From the NCBI RefSeq assembly GCF_000485595.1, contig NW_014577078.1, positions 733,867 to 773,948 of the forward strand: a DNA stretch of 40,082 nucleotides, given 5' to 3'. Origin of the DNA: Priapulus caudatus (Eukaryota). Shown here piece by piece: positions 1 through 11,770 of this stretch. The notes beneath the pieces are model-generated. The model ran no database searches and had not been told where the DNA came from. It worked only from the letters and a program-made list of their open reading frames with translations. A program made the translations under genes and the position numbers. The stretch's first letter is position 1, and each line of letters starts with the position of its first letter.

Positions 1-92
1 AAAAATTAAAAATTAAAAATTAAAAATTAAAAATTAACCCTAACCCTAACCCTAACCCTGACCCTAACCCTAATCCTAACACTATCCTAACA
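1..92. repeat. (AAAAATT)n run followed by a degenerating telomere-like (TAACCC)n run
   Basis: 5x AAAAATT at 1-35, then TAACCC units from 35 decaying to TGACCC/TAATCC/TAACAC. Confidence 0.9.
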
Positions 93-224
93 CTAGTGCT
101 GCCACGTTGCGGTCACCTCCACGATAGCAACACCCTTGTTCCGTCAGAGCAAATCAAAGCAGCCAATCAGAGGAACCCTTCGCGCATTTGTGGTACGGAA
201 AAAATAGACGCGGGCCGTCAGACG

Positions 225-749
225 TGTGTCGTAAATCGTGGGCCGTAAGGCGGGTATATCGCGAGATGTTTGTCGTAAAACGTGGGGCGTAGCGTGGGTA
301 TCGCGAGACTTGTGTCGTAAGACATGGGTCTTAAAACGTGGGGCGTGGGGCTTGTGTCGTAAGACGTGTGTCGTAAAACGTGTGTCGTAAAACGTGGGCC
401 GTAAGACGTGTATCGTAAGACGTGTGTTGTAAGACGCGTGTCGTAAAATGTGGGGCGTAAGACACTGTGTCATAGGACGTGGGACTTATGACGTGTGTCG
501 CAAAATAATGCGCCATACGACCATGGGCGTAGGATGTGGGGCGTAATACGTAAATGGACGCAAAAAATTAACATATGGCGTGTGTCGTAAGATGTGGCAC
601 GAAAAACCAGTGTCGTAAATCGTGGCACGTAAAACCAGTGTCGTAAATCGTGGCACGTAAAACCAGTGTCGTAAGATGTGGCACGAAAAACCAGTGTCGT
701 AAATCGTGGCACGTAAAACCAGTGTCGTAAGATGTGGCACGTAAACCCA
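225..749. repeat. GTGTCGTAA-based minisatellite; six clean 28-bp units at 582-749
   Basis: Unit GTGTCGTAA-(GATGTGGCAC|ATCGTGGCAC)-G(A/T)AAACCA starts at 582, 610, 638, 666, 694 and 722; shorter degenerate units lie at 225-580. Confidence 0.9.
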
Positions 750-2114
750 ATGTCACAAGACGCGAAATTTTAGCTATATCACAGAGTACGGCCAATTCAC
801 AGAGCCTGTACCATTCTCGTGCGTGGAGAGCAGGAATATCCAGGGCGGACTCACTTGCGCCTGCCTCAATTTCCTACTCTCCAACTTCCCTTATTGTGAG
901 GTGTTGTTGGTTTTCTCATTATTCCTCCCTCGACGATGCAAACAGTTCGAGATTGTTTCCTGTTACAAAAAGAAAGGTAAGGTGCATGCAGCCCAGCACT
1001 TCGTGTAAGATCGCACTGAGCATGTACGCTCGTATTGGGAAAAAGTTAGTGCAGCCTAGCCATCGCAAAGCAGGAGACAAGACGGAAGTGGATAATAAAC
1101 CACCGAGAGAGAGTCACAGCATACGGCAAGATGCACGTGACGAGGGTGAGTGATCACCTTACGATCACTCGCCTATTACATTAGAGGCAAGGCGCGAACT
1201 GGGATTCATACAGAATGTACGAAGAGAGCTAACATTACAATATCAATGGACATCGAAGGCATCTAAACCACGATTAAACTATACCGTGTCAATCGTATGG
1301 AAATCATATAGAAATCGTATCAGGGATATCAAATCTGTTTCTAATTGGATTATATTCTATTGGCTACATATAGTTGCTATTCGGATTGGGTGCGTGGGGA
1401 CGAAAAAAAGGGGACGCTACTGAGGAAAATAATTGATAATGTTGTAGAGAAGAAATAGATGAATTAACCAGAATAAGCTTAGAAGTAACACAGAGCAAAA
1501 TACCATTACGCATTGAAAGAAGCTTTTAGTTACGCCCTACTATATATGTACAACACTTCTACTGAATTTCCTACTATTTGAGTCGGATTTCCGCGCGTGC
1601 TAACTTAGTGTGGCAGTTTGAAACGTTGCTTATGAATACGCCATCATGTAACTATGTCGTTACACGCACTATTGCACTGGATTCCATATCTGCTGGCTAG
1701 GCATGCTAGCTAGGCGATAAAGTGGGTGCTCCTAAGTGCTCGAATGCGCGCGCACATTTATTTACATGAAAGCCGCTATGTTTGGAGTAAAAATAGCACG
1801 TATGGCATGGACATGGTCCGTTACCTTTATCTTATTCTCTTTACAAGAACTTGTGTGGAAGAAATTCCCGTATACAGGGATTTATACCGCAATATTTTCG
1901 CTCATGCACTTGCTTGATATTTTGTAAACATCTTATATAAGATGGAAGAAGCTTTTACGTATTTGTCAGAAGCAAATTGGGAGCTGTCTGTGAATATATG
2001 CTCACGATAACCCATACGCGTATAAGGAATACGAATCCATAGCACTAAGAAGAAAGGCGAATGCGCATTTTGTTATTTATTACGTTTACACGCATATGGC
2101 GTGGCTAATAACGT

Positions 2115-2159
2115 TTGTGTGCTTGCATGTGTGAGGGCAAGCGTACGTACGTGCATGTG

Positions 2160-2191
<32 letters not shown>

Positions 2192-2322
2192 TGTGTGCGC
2201 GCGCGTGCGTGCGTGCATGTGTGTGTACGTGCGTGTGTACGCGCGTGCGTGTGCGTGTGCGTGCGCGTGTGTGCGCGTGTACGTGCGTATGCGCGTGCGT
2301 GCATGCGTGTACGCGCGTGTAT
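2115..2322. repeat. (GTGC)n/(GT)n compound microsatellite
   Basis: Seen directly; explains the CVRACV/HTHARA ORFs. Confidence 0.95.
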
Positions 2323-2704
2323 GTCAATATCACTAGGCACGCGCGCTTCGATCGACGCTGGCAGCAGTCATACATCGATCACCGCGCCTTAACACACGCG
2401 CGCATGATAGCAACTATAGTCAGCTAACATCAATGCACAGAGAATTAATCATCATCGAGGGCAAGTGATGTCCGTCAGCGTCGTCCGAGCGGATTTGTTT
2501 TACTACCACGGGCCACTGCGCGCCATTACGTGATTGCTATAACACGCGTGCGGCGGAATATCACAAAGGTGTAATATAGCGTTCGATTGCGGAGAGCTAA
2601 GTGTCCGGCCGAACCGTGGGCTATGACATGCCATTGTGGTTGGCTGTTTTTGTTGTTGGTGTTTACGATTACAGCATATTTGAAGAGTACCGCAGAAAAT
2701 ATAT

Positions 2705-2743
2705 CAAGAGTCCATAATAGAAGATTTCTATTATGGACTCTTG
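2705..2743. mobile_element. 39-bp CAAGAG...CTCTTG palindrome, putative P-superfamily excision footprint
   Basis: Perfect 18-bp arms (CAAGAGTCCATAATAGAA) with a 3-nt loop; right flank lost in the N-gap. Confidence 0.5.
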
Positions 2744-2753
2744 NNNNNNNNNN

Positions 2754-2831
2754 TTAACGAGGTAACGACGTAAACGAAGTAATAATAGACTAAGTACAAT
2801 ATAAGTAATATATTATAGTTTATCTTATTAT

Positions 2832-2877
<46 letters not shown>

Positions 2878-4245
2878 GAACAGTATATATTTCAGAACAT
2901 AATTCGTTCGTACATAAGCGCCGTCTGGTGGTAACTGAGTTTTAGGATTAGAGGGTGAACGACAAGGTCAGTGGTTAATTGGTTTCCTTAAGGAAGAGGC
3001 TGAGCGACAACGCGCGCGCGGTCCGAAAATTTGAGTATTAGAAACGGATGGGCAACCACTGTATATACTACCGAGTAATTGCCAAAAGAGTACGACATAA
3101 TAAAGGGAGAAATACGGATATTTCGCGTTACGACTCTGGCATTCCTCTCATGAAACTCAGTCCGTCAAAGTTATCTGGTTGACACAACTGTCCTCTACAC
3201 GGTTTACCTCTGTGTTGCAAAATTGCCACGTGATAGGAAATCCTTTGAGTTCAAAGGCAAGCTGACATTGCTAGGAACTCTTGTATGCTACTTGAAGATA
3301 ACTCGGCAAATGTCGGCAAAGGTTGGGTTTATCGTATCAAAACACGACTTGACATCTCTTGCGGCCGCCAGCTCTCGATCCACATGAAAATCACGAAGCA
3401 GTTGGATTAATGCGAAATGCAGACACGCACGTTTATGAGAGCATTTGCCATACGACAATTCCCGCGTATGTTATATATGCGAACACTAGGTTCATCACTA
3501 TTCGACATACGAGGAGCTTTTCTATATTGATTATGATTATTGTTATTATGTTTCTCTACTGCTATGAATAACCATGAGTGCTGGAGGACTTTTGTGCGGG
3601 GACTCTCGGCCAAGGTTGCAAGTTGATTGATTGATGTTGATTATAGTTATATATCTGAGCAGATCAGTGCGGGTGATTAGATATATAGCCGCTCAGACGG
3701 GTCAGCTGTTTGTTAAAGAAAACGTATTAATTATCGTCCTTGACGCACGTCAAAGGGACAAGATTAACTCTATCACGTATATTCAGCGCGGGAATTCTGT
3801 GGTAGTGTAGCGAGGAACACGCTGGAGGCGACGCGAGTTTATGACCTCGATCGTGACACCTAGGTGCGACAAGGGAGAAGAAGCGATGGTGGAGAAACAC
3901 CTGCTTAAGTCGCACCGTGAAAAACCTGTCACTAAGTCGCGCGTTTATGATCTCAATTACTAACAGGCTTAAAAGCCGAGACCCAGGCCGAGCTCGTGGA
4001 AGAACCTGACTGTCCTCCCGACTAACTCTGGTTCCCCTCCATCGTCTCTAACTTTCGATTGTACCGCTTGCATCTTGTTCGACCTCTATCATGTCTGAGA
4101 ATAAACGCCCGTGTGGTACGCCCGTGGTGTGTTACGACCGTAGTTATTGTCTTTCTCTGTTGGTTTGCGTTATTCCTTTTCCTACACTTACGCCTAGCCT
4201 TAGACCGCCAGTAGACTCACGCCGCTCCCGAATACCTCCGTTACA
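2754..4245 (+). mobile_element. Possible solo LTR (5' end in the gap)
   Basis: Ends in CCTCCGTTACA; AATAAA at 4100-4105 followed by a GT/T-rich tract; TATA-like CTTAAAAG near 3968; sequence after the gap (TTAACGAGG) resembles the inverted terminus TGTAACGGAGG. Confidence 0.35.
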
Positions 4246-4378
4246 GTAGGATGCATTTCAACCTGGCCGAGGAATGATTGCAAATTACATTGCTATACGC
4301 GCCTGCAGACGTGCGCATTACTGTACACGCTCTATGAGATCAGGAGGGTAGCTGCCCATCACATTCCCACACACGAGA

Positions 4379-4627
4379 ATTACATTACACACGTCCCATT
4401 CTATTCATTACATTACGTTGCATTACATTACACTACACTACGTTAAGTTACATTACATGACATTACGTTACGTTACATTACATTACATTACATTACATTA
4501 CTTTACGTTACATTACATTACATTATACATTATGTTACGTTACATTACATGACACTACATTACATTACATCAGGAGTGAATAATAGAGATCTCTAATCTC
4601 TATTATTCATTCTTGATTACATTACAT
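4379..4627. repeat. (CATTA)n pentanucleotide microsatellite
   Basis: Degenerate ACATT/ACGTT units seen directly. Confidence 0.9.
4571..4615. mobile_element. 45-bp CAGGAG...TTCTTG palindrome with 7-bp direct repeat, putative P-type footprint
   Basis: 20-bp arms with 2 mismatches; ATTACAT at 4564-4570 and 4616-4622 (inside a microsatellite, so the TSD is weak evidence). Confidence 0.5.
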
Positions 4628-5545
4628 CCCGACACGTTCGATCAAGAGAATAGTCCTGGAATAAATTCTCACGCACATCCTCAAGCACGGGATTTACTAG
4701 ATAGCTTTCACACGTATTTTGTTTGAAACTAATATCTGTCGCATTGAGAGAGACCAGGCATAATTAAGCCACCGGCGACAGCAACTCTTACCTATAGCCA
4801 CATTCTATCACCCTGGGAGACACGTCTTCGAAAATGCCGCCACTGATCACGTAGCATGCACTAACCATCACTGTCAATTCCCAGCAGTGCTAAATCAACG
4901 CTCCCGATTCTTAGCACTAAGTCGAGTCCTTAGACCCTTGACAACAGTTACTCCAAGTTAACCCGCTCGGAATCAATCGAAAAATAGCTCTACTTACATA
5001 ATTATATACGACGACGCGGCGTCAGTCACCAGCAGGCATGCACGCAAGGTTACTCCACCGATATCACTCCACTAGCGATATCCACGGATAGTTCCACCAC
5101 TAGTCCAGCATCCAGCAGCGCGAGTGTCAGCGCGCGAGGAGGGAAAGCAGACCGACAGGCACGCACGAGAGTGCAGCTATGATTGCATGCATGCCGCAGC
5201 AGTAGCAGCAGCAGCGGCGGCGGTGGCGGCGGCATCATCATCATCAGCAGCAGCAGCATCCCCTCGATCGGCCCCTCGTTTAACGCCCGATGAAGCGCTA
5301 TACGACCAGCGGGATCGATACATACGTCCGTGGCCGCGCCACGGGCCCTGCGCTCACGTTCGAGGGACGGACAGCATGAAATCTGATCGGTTGACCGTTT
5401 AGCTGCCATCGTGGAGACGCTGTTGCGTTCCAGCTAAATGTATGCGACCCGCGATCCCACGCTATCAAGCGAACACACGGTATTCTCTAGCAGTCCATGA
5501 CTGATCATTTACAGTCCAATGTAAATCTATTTATACACATAGACA

Positions 5546-5656
<111 letters not shown>

Positions 5657-6060
5657 AGCGCAACTACTACGTTTTCTAAACGGAATAGCGATGTAACTAT
5701 TGACATGTGTTTTACAAACAGCGTTAAGCGTATGCGGCCATGCACGCCCTGTGCCCGTTTTCATGTATAAATCATATCGCTTGTAATTATCATAATAGTT
5801 TTACGCTCATGATTAAACATAATTTATAGCATTAATGAGCCATATGTGCGCGGGAAACCCCCGAGGGTGAGTGTTAAATTATCTTTATTGTATACAGACA
5901 AACAGAAATTTTCCTTATATATACGAAATAATAACCCCTGGGAAACGCCCACCGCAATATACTGGCATAGCAATTAAAGTGTGTAAGTTATAGCAATTAA
6001 TTCTCTAGAAAAACGAAAGAACAGTTAAAAAATGGCTGTTGAAAAGAGTAGCTCGATCAC

Positions 6061-6790
6061 CATGGATATTTTTCAGTTTCAATGTTGCGTCCCCCGTAAA
6101 TCATTCCGCATCGCGAAACACCGTATAGCAGTTCTGTTACAATGTTAAAGCCGCACAATGCGCATCCAAACGCCAATTTCTCCAGTACTAGACTAGCAAA
6201 TACTTCGTGGCATGCATAATCACACTACCTTATGACAAAATAAACTCTAGTTGCTCCCATTTCACTGCGCGTTTGCTTAAAACCCACAAGAAAGAGGTGA
6301 GAAAACTGGCATTCTGGCGCTAACGCCGGCTTGTTTGCCAAACAATTTAGCCTCGAAGTGGTTATTTTAGGGTGACGTCACATGTTTTTATCTTTGCTAC
6401 ACCCGTACCGCTGCATGGTTGCTTGGGGAAACTGTCAACAACATCGGAGAATTTCAACAACATTGGAGGTATTTTCAAATACCTTTTATAAGACAACGCG
6501 CAGTGAAATGGGAGGAAGTATAGAGTTTATTAATGCATAGGTAACGTATACATAACTGAACGCTCATTTTGTGTTTTTTATTGTTATAATAGGTGAAGGC
6601 TGTATGACAATTTGTATATCGCGTTGACTAGCGTAGTTCGTGTGATATTGAATAAAAATTTCACTCCCTCCCCCCGCTGAGTTGAGGACAAATCTAACAA
6701 TTTTTCACGAAAAGAACAAATCCGATTGGTCTAGGTCTAGTAGAAAAAATTGGGGGCGGCGAAGGCGGGGCAGTATCTTAAAATCCATGT
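6061..6790. mobile_element. Decayed MITE-like inverted-repeat element
   Basis: CTCCCATTTCACTGCGCG (~6254) versus CGCGCAGTGAAATGGGAG (~6496), plus weaker inverted matches at 6170-6200/6705-6757; ends approximate. Confidence 0.5.
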
Positions 6791-7014
6791 GTTTTACAGA
6801 GAACGCAATGACAGCGTTAGAGTCTCCGGAATTTTCTGGGAAAGGTCGGGTATACTCACCACAAATAACATCTGTTTGACCGGTTTGTTGTCTCGTACAC
6901 AGATTCAATGTGCGTAAATGCGCACATGCGTGTGTGTCTACGTATGTGTGTGTGGGGGGGGGGCTTATGTGTGGACGCGAATGCGTTTGTGTCTGCAGGG
7001 AGCGGCATATACCT

Positions 7015-7139
7015 CTGTGTGTGTGCGCGTGTGCGTGTGCGCGTGCGTGTGAGTGTGCGTGTGTGTGTGCGTGTGCGTGTGCGTGTGCGTGTGCGTGTGT
7101 GCGTGTGTGCGTGTGCGTGTGCGTGTGCNNNNNNNNNNN

Positions 7140-7206
<67 letters not shown>

Positions 7207-7212
7207 CGTGTG
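7015..7212. repeat. (GT)n/(GCGTGT)n microsatellite spanning an N-gap
   Basis: Seen directly. Confidence 0.95.
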
Positions 7213-9650
7213 TTATTGCGTACATACATCATAGATGACTGCGTCTGTATACCAGCCTTTGCAGCTGTTTGTCCACGCTTCCGTGGGCGTGTGTGTACAT
7301 GTGCGGGCGTGCGTACATGAGTGCGTGCGTGCGTGCGCGTTACTATGGCTGGGGGAAACAAAAGCAAATAGCCACAAATAAATATCAGAAAGACCCAAAT
7401 GTTTTGCGTAACTAAACATATGTGTGACACATATGACAACTAACGCGCATAGATAATTACTACGTAAATCAAATCTGCATCGTTTTGCATTTCGACCAGC
7501 AACGAGAGCAATCAACGGTTAATATTTTATACCACTTGCATCGAACGTGCCGAACTGCAAAAATCTGCACGAAACTTGTTCTACTATATGCTACGCTGAA
7601 AGTATTATTTGTCGTAATTCTCGGATTTAATATGTTAAGTGCACCGTGGAGTATTTTTATTCAACAAGTTATCGTCGCGATATAGTGAAAGCTTTCTGCA
7701 ACTATAAAGGGTTTCTTGCAAAGTTAAAGTCGCATCTCACAAAATAAAGTCCCTCCTCTCGGTTCCTATGGCTTCTTTACTCGAAGGGATGCGATTGGCT
7801 TCGTTACGGTGCACGTGTTCAACAACTGTGTACGCCTGAAGCTCTAATATTGACAGCACGCATTAGCGGCCAAATTATGTAGCATATCCTGGGAGGTAAA
7901 CATTCAACGGGGATATAAATAGAAAGCACAGCTTTTGATGCACGACACGATGTGCATTCTCGTTCGCACTCTAAAGAACGGTGCTCGCCTTACTACACAT
8001 TTTCAAGATTTCTCAAGAAGCGCACTAATTGAAAAAATTTCGTAGATTAACACTGTTTACGATAATGAGGCAATACCATATTTTTGCTTTCAGATTCGTT
8101 CGACAAGATTTCATTTTCATCAAGCGTGCGTCATCGTTGATTTCGTGTGGATAACTATTTCAGCAATGTATTGCTTGTTATACACGCTATGTTGTACTTA
8201 GTTTTCTGCATGTACAATACTTGCATATTGATAGCCTCAACATAACACACATGAATCTTTTACCTATTATGTATGCAAATATCTTCATTATAACACCTCA
8301 TATATTTAATATCTCACCTTAGCCCTGTAGGATTAAAATGCCATTTCTCCTATGCTGGTGTAAGATATCAAGATACAGTGAGGCTGTTCCTTTTGAGTTG
8401 AAGAAAAATATTTGCTAAGACCCCGAAAACTAATTAACGCGTACACAACTTCCCAGCAAATCCCTGATCTAAGGCATTGATAAAGGGGCCGTCAATACAA
8501 TAGATCACACGACAGCGCGCGTGCCGTGCTTTTCAATGACGGATGTCAAACTGTAGTTTCAGGAGCAGAACATAGACTCAATTAAGAATTTTTAACGACA
8601 CAACAACAATCGCGCAGCTCTGTGTACCGTGTACTACAAATTAGTTGAATATAATTAACTAAAGCGTTATATATGCGTCCATATTTTTCTGTTTTACGTA
8701 ATTCGATTTTTAGAGTTTTCGACGAAAAACAGACAAAAATAAACGAACGTAAATGTGGCAGTCGGCGGATTTAGGAGAGCTAAGTTCACTTTACTTACTT
8801 TTAATTTTCCTTCTTCGTGTTTCTGCGCAGCTTGCTGTATCTCAGTCGTAATCATATCACACTTGAAGAATAAAAAACCGACGTACTATACACACTGCAG
8901 TATCTGAAGCGGGCATCCGGCTCGACTAGGCTAGCTCCATTCCACCTCGACGGGAATTGTTAGCACAATGTTTACATTCAAATTCTCAAATACAATAATC
9001 GATATTTCACGTGATCGATATATATATATATGGGTGCGCGAATCGTGCAGTTACTGTTCAGAAGAGCGGAGCAGTGCGTGCGGCTGCCTGGCTAGCCGAC
9101 AATGAGCCTGTTGCCAACACCCGATGTTCTGCTGAGCCAGCAACCGAGAAGCTGTAGAACTCTAGCGCATTGATTTTAATGAAATTTCCGGAGGGCTTGC
9201 GGAATCTCACTGTGATTGCGGGTAAGCGGGGTTGTACGTGCCAGCAGGGGGGGGGATATGTTTTTTTTATTTTTTCTGATAATATTTCAGCAGTTGTTCT
9301 TCGTAGTGCTATACGTACTGTTGTTCGTACGTATAGAATTTTGTTTCTGGCAACGGGCCCCTGCTGCTTTTTTTATTCTTGCCATACCGAGATGGTTCGA
9401 TTCTCCTCTTAGGGACTATACGTGTTGCAACAGCACACGCCGAACTCAGTCGACTTAACTGTGGTTTAGTCGTGTCAGGCCAGGCACTTTAACGTGTTAC
9501 GCACCCGATTTATATTCTAATATTGTACACGCAATATGAGCACATATTGTTCAGCAGCAACGTTTACCATATACACACTATGTCGCATGGAAAATGTTGC
9601 ATCAAAGTTTTCCCCGCACATCTTCTATGAAATGCGTGTTTATGCACGTT

Positions 9651-9961
9651 GGCCCAGTCACACATACGCGACGCACGGCCCGGGCATTGAAAAAATGGAA
9701 AATTATGATTTTCTTAATTTAATTTATTTTATTTTATTTTATTTTATTTTATTTTATTTTATTTATTTTATTATTTAATTAATTAATTTAATTTAATTTA
9801 ATTTATTTTATTTTATTTAATTAATTAATTAATTTAATTTAATTAAGATTTTAAGATTAAATAAAAAAGAAAATTAAGATTAAGATCAGTGCGTCGTTGT
9901 GCGCCCAACTTTTGTCAGGATTTAGGAGAAGTTAGCGAGTTGACAACGAATGCACAGCGTG
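9651..9961. mobile_element. Second copy of the Harbinger terminus, interrupted by an AT-rich expansion and cut by the gap
   Basis: GGCCCAGTCACACATACGCGACGCAC... near-identical to 12062-12194 except for ~175 bp of ATTT/AATT repeats at ~9705-9880. Confidence 0.8.
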
Positions 9962-9971
9962 NNNNNNNNNN

Positions 9972-10137
9972 ATTTTTGGTCAAATATATTATATAACTTA
10001 ATTATTGACCTTTGACCTTGATTTCTGACCTAATTAGGCAAAATAGAGATATCCAAACAAAAGATTCGTATTCAGCATGAAAAACCACTCTAGAAAAAGT
10101 TATTTGGCCCTTTTTCCTCAAAAATGCCTACTGGACT
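9972..10137. mobile_element. Academ-like transposon terminus fragment
   Basis: Reverse complement AGTCCAGTAGGCA resembles the TAGTCCACTAGCCA terminus at 28965; shares subterminal TGACCTAATTA. Confidence 0.4.
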
Positions 10138-10426
10138 TTCTTTTCCTGAAATATGAACCAGTCTAATACCCGTATAAAATATCCGTTACGATTACGGCCG
10201 AACCACTTGAGAAAGAATTTTAGATAGAACAACAAAACAATTTTAGATAGAACAATAAAACAATTTAAGATGCAAAAGTGAACTATATGAGACCGCGGAG
10301 ATAAAAAAAGGCAACAACATTTTTGAAATGAAAGAAGACACCCCCCAAACAAAAAACCATGGCCGGAAGAAATTACTCCACCGGGGGAGCTCCTCGGGGA
10401 ACAGATGCGGGAACATCCGATGCCAG

Positions 10427-11065
10427 TCAGCCTCGGGGCTCGGGGACGAGGATAGGCGGCCTGTCGTCGTCAGGATGGTCCCAGTTCTCCTCGGCCTCCC
10501 AGTTGCCGTCGTCCCACCGATCGGCTAGATGGGCGTGGAGCTCGTCGGCCAGCTCCTCGCCGTCCCACCGATCGCCCTCGTTCCCCTGCGCGTTGTCGTG
10601 CTGGCCGGGAGTCTCCCAGCGCCAGAACGGAATGTTATCGGCCAGGTTGGCGCGGAGGTTGCGATGAATGAACTCATCGATGAGGTCATGGAGGGCCTGA
10701 TGGGCGTCCTCGTGATGCGCGATGCCATTCATGTTGGCGAGGATGTTGTCGTGCATGAACCGGCAGATGAGTTCGCAGAGGTCCTCGGGGGCGTCGTCGT
10801 GGGCGTTGCCGTCGTGGTCGTGGTCATGCGGTGGCGGCGGTCTCGCGGTCCCGACAACGGCCTGCAGGGGTCGATCGGGCGTGGCGAGCGGCGGCCAGCT
10901 GTCTCGCCGACGGTGACGGACGGTCGCTGGAATCGCCTCGGGGGTCGACGGCGTTGTCACTGACGGCGCGGTCGGTGGCGGCAGCGAGCAGGTGCGCCCG
11001 GCGAGGAGCACCCAGGAGACGACCGACGCCAGCAGGTATCGCGCCGCGTGTTCCAACCCCATCAC
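10427..11065 (-). CDS. Intronless orphan secreted protein (212 aa): signal peptide, Pro/Thr stretch, RHRRR furin-type site, Asp/His/Trp-rich mature region
   Basis: Non-repetitive GC-rich ORF with G/C-ending codons in AT-rich flanks; hydrophobic N-terminus YLLASVVSWVLLAG; coherent precursor layout. Confidence 0.65.
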   Translation of the reverse strand: MMGLEHAARYLLASVVSWVLLAGRTCSLPPPTAPSVTTPSTPEAIPATVRHRRRDSWPPLATPDRPLQAVVGTARPPPPHDHDHDGNAHDDAPEDLCELICRFMHDNILANMNGIAHHEDAHQALHDLIDEFIHRNLRANLADNIPFWRWETPGQHDNAQGNEGDRWDGEELADELHAHLADRWDDGNWEAEENWDHPDDDRPPILVPEPRG

Positions 11066-11362
11066 TCTATGAAGACGGTGATTACATAGTGGATGAAGGC
11101 AACAGCAGTAGAAGCGGTAGAATGCGTTACCCGCGTGGACCGGCTACCGCATATGCGAACCGCTGAAAATAAAACCGCAAAAGACTGAACAACCGTAAAA
11201 AGGTACCTAAACGTGCGTTAATATATATATATATATATACCTATATAGCGGTATACCAACACCGCGACTACATGAGCTACCGAGGCGCGCGAGACTCCTA
11301 GGTCTTCGTGACACGAACGTGCGACGCGTACTATAGCTACGGTATGCTCTAAGATAATAGTG

Positions 11363-11770
11363 TTAGTGGTGACGACGAAGTGTCACCATTTCGACGCCCT
11401 CCGAATCATCGCTCGTCTGCAGGGGATGGTCTAGCGGTTTTGGGATGTTCGGCGGCGGTTGTGGTGTGCGGGAGGCGGTGGGCTGAGGATGGCCGGAAAA
11501 GAACGGTGTGGAGGCGGCAGCGACAGCGTGACCAGCGAAGTCAAATGTAGGGTTGGTGACCGGCATGATCGTGCAGAATAGCGGTTGACGGCGGCATAAG
11601 ATCGGTAGAAAATGCGGCGGTGCGCACCAATAATATAGAACAGCGCCTATGGCCAGCGCTATGATGGCATAAAGAAGAACCTGATGCCACTGGATGGCTG
11701 CGGTGGAGGAATGGGATGGAACTCGCCTTGTTACATCGTCTATACGAACCACTCGTGGGCTAGGCAGCAT
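11363..11770 (-). CDS. Intronless orphan single-pass membrane protein (~135 aa) with Pro-rich tail
   Basis: ATG at 11770; TM-like VLLYAIIALAIGAVLYYWC; GC above flanks; same strand as the neighbouring ORF. Confidence 0.5.
   Translation of the reverse strand: MLPSPRVVRIDDVTRRVPSHSSTAAIQWHQVLLYAIIALAIGAVLYYWCAPPHFLPILCRRQPLFCTIMPVTNPTFDFAGHAVAAASTPFFSGHPQPTASRTPQPPPNIPKPLDHPLQTSDDSEGVEMVTLRRHH

Noticed and set aside
1..92. True telomere or chromosome end
   Set aside because: Only ~6 good TAACCC units, preceded by a different repeat; similar tracts occur inside MITEs elsewhere in the window.
582..749. CRISPR array
   Set aside because: No unique spacers (only two near-identical variants), no cas genes, eukaryotic context.
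144..795. Overlapping minus-strand ORFs (HVLR/TSYDT repeats)
   Set aside because: Translations of the minisatellite.
810..982. Possible exon (strong minus-strand acceptor near 960; plus-strand AAG|GTAAGG at ~976)
   Set aside because: No recognisable protein, all minus-strand frames stop soon, and no partner exons found.
5050..5409. Poly-Ala or poly-Leu/Pro ORFs around a GCA/GCG trinucleotide tract
   Set aside because: Low complexity, no recognisable domain or convincing splice sites; could be UTR of an unseen gene.
10359..11166. Plus-strand ORFs over the GC island
   Set aside because: Antisense shadows of the 212-aa minus-strand ORF.
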